This document shows positions 53,399-64,000 of a stretch of 64,000 bases of DNA, in pieces. The first letter of the stretch is position 1. Each line of letters begins with the position of its first letter. The stretch lies in assembly GCA_002633005.1 (NCBI GenBank), contig NMRA01000378.1, forward strand, positions 137,525 through 201,524, given 5' to 3'. Source of the DNA: Phoronis australis. Its lineage: Eukaryota > Animalia > Phoronida. A program made the position numbers and the translations under genes. Under the pieces are notes generated by a model, which ran no database searches, was not told where the DNA came from, and worked only from the letters and a program-made list of their open reading frames with translations.

Positions 53399-53434
53399 CA
53401 GCTTTCAGAAGCTTTCAGAAGCTTTCAGAAGCTT
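53399..53434. repeat. 10-bp minisatellite (GCTTTCAGAA)x3+
   Basis: Directly visible. Confidence 0.9.
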
Positions 53435-56400
53435 CCATGTTAAACCGCCTTGCAAAAGAAGGTTCACGTAAAATTCAGTAAAATTCAAGGTGTAAACACA
53501 GCCGGACGTTATAATCAAGGTTGGTCAAACTCATTTTTTTTCTCTTTCCTGTTATATACAGGCATGTGTAGAGTCCCAGCTACTTCCTTGATGTGGCTCC
53601 TGTGAGTGCGAAACCGAACGTTATCGAAAGTTTCAAACAGCGTCATCTTTGAAAATTACTGTTTTGGATCACGTTTTGGGACGTATTCTTGTGTTCTTTA
53701 TTTCGGTACATTATGTAGTTTTCCGAAGATTGTAGAGAATGCAGTCAATCGACTGCCGTACTGGGATCATGCGTCTCCGATATGTTGATTTATTCCAGGG
53801 ATAAATTTCTTTTTAGATTCGACATGATTACCACATCGGATTCATATCGCTGTTTAAATCTGGTTTGGGTATTGATCTTTGCTGCTGCAAAATATTTGGG
53901 TTTCACAGAATGATTTTTTTTATAAACAAAGCATCACTTGCAAAATGAGAAGCCTACATGGGTAACTGAAATGCGCGTCGGTGTACATGTAAGTAAATTT
54001 TTCTGGGTTTTGGGTACCTCCAATTTTACCTTTTTGGTTTGTACACTAAAGGTGACGGAGTTATGTGCTATACTTTTATGTTTTATTTTGACGCCACTCG
54101 TTTTTTGGTTCATAAAGCGTATCATACAAATACACAATTTGATGTTCTCTAAGCGCGCAGAGTTCAGGAACACAATTACCACAACCGCTAGATGGCATTA
54201 TTTCAGGTTGTTCATATGAACAATGCAGGATGAGTTCCTTCATTGATAAATTAAGTTTCCCCTCATGTCTACACTTGCGTTTGCCTATTGTTAAGTATGA
54301 CGTTATTGTGAAATGTTTTCCGGCGCCATATTACGTCATCACAAAATAAAAATCGTATCCAAATGCTCTCTATTTTAGTCAATGTGGTAAAAGGACGACT
54401 GTTCTACGAATTCTTGGTAAAGTTTGCCGAAACCCCTCATTTCAGATCAAACTTGTACATTATTCACTGTCAGTCAGTCTTCGGAACGGAAAAAATCGCC
54501 ATGATACCCTTCGTTACATATTCTTGTAACCATGTGTCATTTCATTTTCATGCCTGGGGATAAGACACAAAATAATTGTCTCGAAATAAAGCATTCGTTT
54601 GCGTCTCTTTGCCGGCTACGTTGCGCTGCGAACGACCGTCAAACATACAGAGAGCTCGAGAGAATTTCGTTGAAAATTAATCGTGTTCAACAAATTATGT
54701 CTAAGGTATGAGCTGCTGCCAAATTACTCAGGTATAATTACTATAGAGATATTTAAGTCTTAAATCGGTGTCAATAGGATCGTAAACATTAGGTCACGCG
54801 ATGTGGTCAACAAGTGGTGTGCAGACCAGAATTAAAAATGTTCGAGAATTGAAACAATGAAAAATAAATCATACACTGTAAACAGGTTGCTGAGATTTAA
54901 AATAAATGTTATATGTACAGTTCAAGCTGTGTTTTCGTGAATCTATTCACATCAAACAGACTCATGCTGAGAGCTCGCTCAACAGAAATGTTGAGTCACG
55001 TGGTTCAGAGTTCTTCTGTTAACTGTCTTGGCCTACAACTCATGCATTGCGATGTTCAATTAGTGTTTTGGCTGTATTGCCGGTTAGTGACATTACTTCA
55101 TGATGTCAATAAACCGAAACGTTGACTACTTAATTGGATCATAAAATACGGCTCATTTTTCATTTTCAACTTTCTCCTGGTATATTTGTGCTGCCTGCTC
55201 GCCGCGATGTCGTAAATGGGTCTAGTTTCCCCGATTTGCCCATGGCTGACCCAGCTGACTGTGCGTCGTCGTTCGCCATGTCGGACGATCCCGACAAAAC
55301 GGGTAAAAACATTTTGTAGGCGGCGGTGTGTACAGTAGATGGAACAAGTACTTTAAATGAAGAACACGGAGACGATCGACTGAGTACACAGCAAGTCAAG
55401 CACAGCTAGCTTCTTGTGATGCTGCGCATTTTTGAGCGTTTTGGAATTTTCATAATGGCAGGGTGTTAAATCAGGACTATGTGATGTCTATGAGCTTTCC
55501 AGGTTTAAGTGTCTTGAAACAATTTTCCTAAGGCGGTGAAAGGCAAACAGTAGGTTTTACGGTCGCATAAGTGCATTATGGGTGTTATCTTTGGGTAAAG
55601 TCGACTTCTTGAAATCATTAACCTTGGCCAGAACCATAAAACTGCAAAACCGGGGCGCGTTTTAATGATTTTATTGCAAATCGCGATTCCCAACATAAGG
55701 TAGGGTACATGTACCACTCGATCGAGTTGTCGACCTATTGAACCCTATGTAAAGAAAATGCGCAGGAAACCGAAGGACATTGGAGGGGCAATCTCTCTAG
55801 AATAAGCATTTGGGAAACGATCTGGAGTGCCGTGCGAGACGAGTTTGAACCGCTACAGAAATGCCGAGCTCATAAGTAGACAGCTGGGCACTGAGATATG
55901 CAATTCACTCCCCATCTTCTTTTGATTGATTTTAGTTTTCATAAAGTTTACATCATTTGCAGTGTGTTACTAATTACATATTGAAATCCTTCGCTGAGTC
56001 TTAAAACTTTTTTTCAACTAATTTCGGCCAGCCGGCGCTATAAATAATATATAAATTTGGCAAGTTATCTTTAAAAACCTGATATACAACTGTTAAGCTA
56101 AACATTTTTTGGGTGTTCACTATTACCAAAGTATTGTGTTGCTGGACATCAAAAATTGCTTGAATTACGTGTCGCGCCATGGCCACGTGTGTTCAAAAGC
56201 TGTGAAGTCTAGGGCCATTGGACTCGCAGATGTCTGCGAAAACAAAAGCACACGGGAAATACATTGACGCAAGGAACCCGAGGTAAGTTTGGTGAAGATA
56301 CTGCTAGTCTTATTAGAGATAATTTCGTGTATTTCTGTTCAAACTTACGCTATTTATTCATGCTTCATTGTAGTCAATTGTGTCTTTCAATCATTGAACC

Positions 56401-59400
56401 AATGCGCAAACGAAAGCGGTATAAGTTTTTCTGCGTGTGTGCTCGACACTTTGCCTGATTAGTGTATTTCCATTATTAGCAATGCCAGTAAGCAGAACAG
56501 GTTTTTTAATAATTTTTGTTGTTTTTGCTTCCAATTTTTTCCTGTTTTCTCTGCAACAAGTAGTGTACCTGAGAACCTCTTTCTAGGAACGGGTCCCAGT
56601 TAGTAGCACCATGTCACGTGCGCTGGTTAGGTGGTGGCCCGGCCCTTGCCAAATGATATCGTGTGGAGGTCGCAAGTAATCTCGTCGCATGGTTATCGCC
56701 TATTGGACGCTACCATTGTTTTTCTTAGTTGTGTCTTTTTTGGATATGACAATGCAGGTCGCACGGATTGGGCGCACATCATCCAGTTACCGATTACGCT
56801 TACCATTATCTTAACGATAGAAAAGAAAAACAAAATGAACAATGGATACTCATATCCACCGATATCTATGCCACGAGCTCGCGTCTTAGTTTCATGCGTA
56901 TGACAAATTGCATCTTTGTAAATTGCTACTATCTTAATAAAAAAGCTTTAAGTGTGACAATAAGTGTCGGCATGACGCATGCGTGAAATGTTTGTTAAAG
57001 AACACCATCGCATTTAGGACTGAGAATGCATTCGTGGGGAATTTTTATTCTAGTGTAGTTAATTTACTGCTCCAGGAACGTAACGGTGATGATCGAAACG
57101 AAAATGCCAAGGGTTAATCTTTTGAGTGTTTTCTTTACAATAGTTGGAGAATCGGGCGATGTACATGTACAGCCGCAAGAGATACATGTATGAGTTGAAG
57201 TCGAGCTTGCTGCGGTTGTACTACACAGACCTGGGGGTTTGCATCCTAACCCTCGTATTCCGTAAATAACTTGACATTCATCCTTACCTTTGATTGATTT
57301 AAACGTATACCTAGTTTTAGAGACGTTTATCATGTTTTTGTGTTTGACCGTTAATCAACCGAATGACTTCCTCGCAGAGTCTCTAAGCTCTTTGAATAAT
57401 CTCGAATAAATACAGATGGTAAACCGGCTTTGCTTGATACACTTCACATCCCCATAATCTGGTAATTATTTAACAGTTAGCCAATCTATTTTGGGATGTA
57501 ACTCCATTATCAGAGTACTGTGTTTTTGGACCTCATGTCTGAAATCTAAAAACGCGTACATGTACAATTATGCCGCACCTGAAGGTCACGATTGGTTCAA
57601 CAGAAAGGTCGGCGGTTATTGGCCTCGTATATTTTCGAGAAAAATGGTCGCAAAACAAAATATATTCACGGAGGTGTTTCTAATCAAAAGGCTCCTAGTG
57701 AGTATCGGAATGTTGAGTCTGGGATGAAATCAATGTAGTGCTGCTTAACTTTTTGGGCTTTTTAGTTTAAATGCGTCGTTATCACCGATTTTTTCACATT
57801 AGAGAGATATAATCGGTATTACGTCCGATAAAACATTTTATGACTATCGCTGCATGGTGAACATCTCGTCTTGATGTTATAAGTTAGACAAGAGATATAA
57901 AACAACAAAGCTCGTTGTGATTTTGTGTTTTTAGTCTCGCCCTTTTCCGCAATTATTTGCTGAAATCAAAGCTGGTGACTTTTCAAGTTAATTTCCCTTA
58001 AAATACACCACCATTTATCGATTGGGATTTAGCTCGCCGGGCAATTGCGAGCCGCGACCGCAGGGGTTGTACACGTAAGTTTTAATCCGCACTGAGACTG
58101 ATCGCAGGATACATATTTTCTGGCGGATAGTGTTCCGGTGTTTAAAGACACGGATGTTTGTAAATCATTGAATGTAGACTTTTCCTACCCCGACCCTAAC
58201 AGGTCCGCGGCATGCTGAGCTTACAGAGCAGCGTTAAAACGTTCATGGTGAAACTACGTAAAACGAGCAACAGCATGCTGACAAAAACGGCAATAATGCA
58301 AAAAAAAATAAATTTGTAAGCTTTATTACGAGTAAAACCACGTCAACAAAAAAATTCTCGTAACTTTTGGCCTGATCTTTGACCGTATACTTACGGACGT
58401 TGTGTCCAGTGGGAATTACAGCGTCGTGACAATGCGATATAGCGCTCTCTGGCTGTCACATCAAGCTTTTTCATCATTTTTACGAGATCAGAAAAAATCC
58501 ACAATTAACCGTCAGCAAATACCAGCAACTGTGATTACAAACAAATTTCAAATGCTGTAGTTACAGTATATTTTGGTAATAACAGAATACTCCCTCATTG
58601 AAACCGAATTAGCCTCATTCGGCAATTCACTATAGTTACCTTGGGGAACTGCCAAAGATACATGATGTATAGGCATATGTCGTGCGTGTAATTAGTCCCA
58701 CTAACCCACAGAAGCAGCCAGGTACATAAATTATTGATAAGAAAACCAAGAGCCGTTTCCCGAGATCAAGTGTCCCGGGCTCCTCACTCCCAATTTCGGT
58801 AACAGCCGCAAACCGACTGTTGCCTTATACAGTGACTCACAATCAGGTCTTTGCCACACATCCTCAAATTTCTTACCTCAAAAAGGTTTTTCTCAAAAGA
58901 CATCTTGCACGCCACAGCTCATAGGGCTGGTCAGGCTAAAACTTCCAATTTCTGCCGCTTGAGACCGTGGGCTGTTACCGAAGGAAGCAATCTTAACAAG
59001 ATATTTGTATCCCGTCTCCTGTGCTTGGTATTTTGACAGTATCTTGATTCATACACGGAACGTTTAAATTAGAAACTTCTCCCTCGGACGAAAACGTCAA
59101 ATTGTTTCATAAACCGAAATAGCCGAAGTACATCTAGTAACCGATACCAGACTGTGCTGTCAGTTAAATGCGAGAGCGTACACCTGACGGTAAATGGCAA
59201 CGTTGCTAGTGAACTCGCCGAGCGGGTTTATTGTACCGTATAGGCTACTCGTAGGTTTACACAGATAGTTCAGAGGCCTTAAGCTATACGAAGGTGGGTA
59301 ATTTTACGTGGCACCGGTTTTCACAGTCTGTTCACTCCCTCGATTGGAACTGCTTTTTCACCTAGCTACCCACTAATCACACACACTGGCTGTTACAATG

Positions 59401-59710
59401 ATTTGTCCGTCAAATTCCCTCTCACCATATTTTTCAATCTACCAACCTCCCTCCAGCCGTCGCCAAACCTGCCCCTTCATTCCAAGAAGCGCGCCCCTAG
59501 TGGGTGATGGTCACTTATATCTTCAGTTAGATCACCCGGTGTTGAGTGTAGCCGTAAGGGCATGTTGATATTTTAGAAAATAATATACACACGAGTATAA
59601 ATGGGAATGACAGCGTTAATTTATTTTACCAAGGTTCCTTCCGCACTGCGAGCTTTGTTTTAACTTCGCCAAAGCAGCAGAAAAACTATAACGCAAAATT
59701 ACATTACCAG

Positions 59711-59856
59711 GGCTAGGTTGCATAAAACTTCAAAATTATCCGCTGGATAAATTTGATTTTTGCATGACGTCAAGTGTATTGTTCCACAATAACGTGATGC
59801 GTGATAATGCCACGTCATTATTGCTATACGGCGTATAAATTTTATGCAACTGGGCC
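59711..59856. mobile_element. PIF/Harbinger-type MITE with 3-bp CAG TSD
   Basis: CAG|GGCTAGGTTGCATAAAA ... TTTTATGCAACTGGGCC|CAG. Confidence 0.75.
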
Positions 59857-59925
59857 CAGAACTTTTCAACTTAAACGTTACTTTTCATAGACTTAGAAGT
59901 CGCTATTCATTGCATAAAAAATTAT

Positions 59926-60420
59926 AGAATCAGAATCAGAAATGTTTATTGTATTTAGGCCTTGGCCAGATAAGTAGCCTACAGTTTACATTACAAGTTT
60001 ACAATGATAAAAGTTCAGCTCTTAGCACTGTTGCTCATGAGATTTTTAGCGTCGGGGATTTTTAGTTCCCAAAGATGATGGCTTTGACAAAATTGAATTA
60101 CTCTGGCATCAGGTCAGTGTCATATTCGTCAGCAAATTTCTGTGCATGTCACCAATGACAGGATAGTGGCGCATAAAGTGAATCTCATTACTTTTTAATT
60201 TGTTACATATTCCACAAATACTCTCGTCCTCGGTTAGACCTGCGTGCCGCCTTCTTTCAAGGCTTTTGCATTGACACCTAAAACGAGCAAATATTTTCCT
60301 TAAGTATGAGTTTAGCAAACACAGTTATTTTTCACACTGATAATACAATAGACTTTGATATTTGAGAGATTGAAAGGCTTATACATGTACATGTACAATT
60401 TCACTTTGGCTGATGCTGCC
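59926..60420 (-). mobile_element. 3' end of a non-LTR retrotransposon (LINE)
   Basis: Degenerate ORF2 end RKIFARFRCQCKSLE..R......ICGICN....NEIHF, followed by AATAAA (59950-59945) and a (TTCTGA)n tandem tail. Confidence 0.8.
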
Positions 60421-62159
60421 ACTTGAAGTATGAAGGTATCCGTTGCACATGTCTCGCATTGAGGGCCACGGTCGTAAAATTAGGCGGTGTAGGTTACGGT
60501 CTCAGAAAAGCTGTCTACTTCCCTCTTCTCTTTGAGAACTAAACAGATTCAAATAGCAGAACCTTTTCCATTCCGATATTGGGGTACCCCAAGGCTTTGA
60601 TTGTTGCATGATGGCGGATTCATTTACTGTGTCCCAAAACTTGGTATTTTCCCCGGTCACACAATTCACCTTGGCATTTGGCTTGGTACAGTTTCTTTAC
60701 GTACTTTTATATATCCTTTTTAAGTTGATTGCCAGATCGTCGTTATATAGCACTTCAACGACTATCACTTTTCTAATAGTTTCTGTCTGCATTCAATGTC
60801 AAGCAACTCAGAATCTGTGTTTTGCTTAGCAAGTTCGATAGGTTTTCTCGCAGTGTTCCTTTCACATGATGTCAAACTTAATCCGACAAAAGTTCAACAC
60901 TGTTATTGATACGTGTGTTATTCAAATTTCACATGTCTGTAGGACACTCGTGTTTTGCAAGGGTCTAAGTTTGATCAAAATCGACAAGATCTATCATGTC
61001 ATAGTCTACGCGTATCCACTGATGTACAGCACAACCACTTAATTTTAATTAACGTTGAAAAACGTTGGAAGTTACTTTCAGGTTAGTTGTTAGCATAACA
61101 CCACCCACCATTAGTATTATCTAATTCTATTTTTGTGACTGAGTTCAGCTTACAGGCTGTTAATGCCATGGAATCATTCATAAAGTGCTTAGTCTTGGGC
61201 CATTTTGTTCAAGTTGGACTACATGTGATCCATCAAAACCGCGCTGCCAACACGACCAATTTGATCAACTTTAGCATCTCTAATTTGTACCCATTCTTCC
61301 TCACCCAAATAAAAGACGAGGCTCCAAAAAAAGTGTGGCAAAAACGCAAAACTGTCAGATTACATCTTGCCGATCACAACTTTCCCACTATAAATAACAC
61401 AGCGCAAAAATGTGTTGCCACTCAATCACTTGAATTTTTTGCAATGTTGGCTTGTTTGAGGGCTACCTGAAATCGCCACAGGTTTCTCAGTAGCTACGCG
61501 GAAATGTTACATGACTTTGATCTGGGAATTAAATTTCAGAAGTCAAACAGATCGAAAAATTACCAGTTTTAATCCATGTTACAGTATACATTTTAGACTG
61601 TATTTTTACCCTGAAGTCATCGGTAGAGCAGTAATAATTGTCTTGTTCCACATATAAGAAGCTAAACCAGTGTCCGTGGTATCGAAGTATCCTGTCTACC
61701 GCATCGTTTACAAATTTACATGTGCACGCTGTGACGGCCGCCTCACGCCGAGGCCAATTTTCTAATGTAACATAATCTGTTCGAGTCACTTTTTCTACTG
61801 ATTATTATAATCAATATACATATAAGCAATTTAAGCACACCTATTTTATGTTTACGCTCATCACTTGAAAATTTCACCGTAAAAGTGACAACAAATATGG
61901 ATAACTAGCACCCATATGACGATGTGTACAGTAAGCAAAGATAAAATTCACAAAGTGGAATATTTTTGGAAAATTATTAAATTTTGCCCCTATTTGAAAA
62001 GCACACATTTCCCAACGTTTTTTTTTTTTTCTTGCTCATTGCTTTATTCTTCATTGTCCGACTAATTTAAAATTGCCATTTCAGTCTACGGTGAATTGTA
62101 GGGCTCAGAAAATCATTTTAGTACCCGCCTTCTGAAAGGACGGCAAAAGTTGACGTTTT

Positions 62160-62385
62160 CAAGCCACCAATCGATTAAAATGTACCCTTTAAATTCAGAG
62201 CCAAATGGTACTTTTTCAGGTCCATCAAACGAATGTCTTTACTCTTATATCATGGTAAATTGCGTATTGTATGATCGCGTGAGCTGCGACACTGAACCGG
62301 GAAGTGGCCGTCGTGAGATAAAGTCATCGGGAGTGCCATAGGGGTCGCTCGTTCAAAAGTTATTACGAAATTTACTCAACAGGTA
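62160..62385 (+). promoter_or_regulatory. Probable promoter / 5'UTR region of the DTD1-like gene
   Basis: CpG-richer patch with CCAAT (~62167), ETS-like CCGGGAAGTG (~62297) and a possible UTR donor CAG|gtagc (~62382) just upstream of the ATG exon. Confidence 0.35.
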
Positions 62386-62529
62386 GCGATTCAGTCAGGA
62401 GTGTGAGAAGCCGACAGAAGTCAGGCTTTGCTGGCATGTTCAAAGCTTATTTGGTGGTGTGTGCTACTATAGGAAGAGGTCTACTTATTTAATACCTATG
62501 TTGAGGTTCTGTGAGGTGAAAAGGCAGAA

Positions 62530-62572
62530 ATGAGAGCAGTTGTGCAAAGAGTTATGAAGGCCAGTGTTTCAG
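62530..62572 (+). CDS. DTD1: D-aminoacyl-tRNA deacylase (DTD1-like), first coding exon; gene continues beyond the window
   Basis: ATG AGA GCA GTT GTG CAA AGA GTT ATG AAG GCC AGT GTT TCA G|gtagac = MRAVVQRVMKASVS(V). This matches the conserved DTD N-terminus M(K/R)AVVQRVxxASVxV and ends at a phase-1 donor. Confidence 0.82.
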
Positions 62573-64000
62573 GTAGACTCGATATGGCGATATGACACAT
62601 GATGGCCTTCCTTATTCATTGATTGATAAGGCTGACAATCGGGCCAACAGAGGCGATGGTCATTGCCTATCACTGGTGATGATATGGGTAACTTTCGATG
62701 TATGTTAACTGGCGATAACTTTTGAATGGAAATATACTGACAACCATGATTTACCTGTCAATGATCTTTAGGCTTCCTAATATTTAACTGAATTCAGACA
62801 GAAGAGTGCCACCACCGACACCGGCACTATAAGGCGGCAGTAGAAATGAATTGAAAGGGTTGCCATCCTATACTATAGGCTCTCCATCGCTGGAACCCTT
62901 TCGACACATTATGACGTCATATCCCCTTTTGCGAGCAGTGTAAAAATGGCCAGTTGGCGATTTAGGCAACTATGCATTTTGGCAGATTTGGGCAACTGAA
63001 TGAAAGGTAACTGTTGGACAATAGCTGGTGGGAAACCTGATCAAAATTGATTTGAGAACCAGTGACTTAACGACTGACTAATGGGCGTTCAAGGACAAAG
63101 ATATCATGCGCCTAGTCTGCCGTCTCGCCAGCTTCCTTCGCTTCAGCATCTTCATCCATGTCAAACACGTTCTAGGATTTCCCAACTTCATCACTGATTG
63201 ACTCTCTCCAGGCGTAATTCAGTGAAAGTAACTGGTTCTCAAATCAGGACCCATGTATCCTACCAAGTTGCACATCAACGACCTCCTAAGGTGTCCCTCT
63301 ATATTCAAAAGCTACCTATGGCAATGTGATTTTCATACTTTAATCAGTGTGAGACATAATTCGTCAAAAAGCTGGAGGCCCTATGGAATAGCCACTGTCT
63401 CTACTGCAGCCTGTTGAGACATTGGTACTGTCTATCCTTTACCAGTGTGGATAGTCGATAGTGTATTACCTTCAATGATAATACCTAACCTACAGTGAAT
63501 ACTTAGGCTAGCTACTGCCATGTCCTAGTAAAGACTTTTCTTCCTACACCCTTGCCATTGGCCTTGTTTTATCAACAATGACTAAGAAGTCTATTCCCTG
63601 CATACTCTAGTAATGCTATTTCCCTCACTCAACATTCAGCCAAAATGTCTTTACTCGAACACTACGTTATTGCGGGCTCACTAACTACTGTGCATCAATA
63701 TGTTTTTGGCAATGCACAAGACCACATGCATCATCTGTTTGGAAAGATTTATAATATTAATAATAAATCGTTCCAACTAATTGTGCTGCACAAGATAACT
63801 GCAGTTCCAGTGAAAACCACAATATAGCCTACTAAATAGTTATCATTGCTTACATGGTTATGAATAATGCTGGACACGCCATTTTTATCAAGTTTATCCC
63901 GTGTCACTTTAAAGATTTCCCACCATGACTCTGTGTCTCAAAAATAATTTTATTAATACATGTTAAGAGATTTAATATACTTAAGTTTACCTGTTGCTAA

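Noticed and set aside
55242-55302. ATG GCT GAC (MADPADC...) with a G|gtaaa donor as the missing calmodulin N-terminus
   Set aside because: It is on the plus strand, opposite to gene B, and similarity stops after MAD. No downstream exon was found.
62600-64000. Protein-like fragments on the minus strand as a retroelement or gene
   Set aside because: Multiple stops in all frames and no recognisable motif; most simply DTD1 intron sequence.

Overview
This is repeat-rich, AT-rich eukaryotic (metazoan) genomic DNA, probably from a marine invertebrate draft assembly (N bases at 34936 and 39222). It is not prokaryotic, and nearly all listed six-frame ORFs are spurious. Three spliced genes can be read by eye. 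(1) A four-EF-hand calmodulin-like gene A on the minus strand with calmodulin-type intron positions (exons 23145-23175, 20131-20274, 14970-15212, 13139-13164; ATG exon probably 34116-34118; 148 aa). (2) A tandem, diverged paralog B on the minus strand (49402-49537, 47735-47977, 46415-46464). Its EF1 exon has lost the canonical acceptor and has TAG where gene A has CAG, so its 5' end is remodelled or the gene is pseudogenised. (3) The first coding exon of a D-aminoacyl-tRNA deacylase (DTD1-like) on the plus strand at 62530-62572, missed by the ORF track. The rest is non-autonomous mobile DNA: two ~2.2-2.8 kb TTAA-flanked Kolobok-type elements with a KolX-like remnant (one holding a nested element with an 8-bp TSD), a G/C-run MITE family with 5-bp TSDs, Harbinger-type MITEs, a Helentron/DINE-like element carrying four CTCF-like motifs, LINE 3' remnants, tRNA-derived SINE heads, a dimeric satellite and microsatellites. 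I found no convincing wholly new biological system. The most interesting signals are the splice and N-terminal remodelling of the two calmodulin-like paralogs and the motifs carried by the TEs. All calls were made by eye with no database searches.
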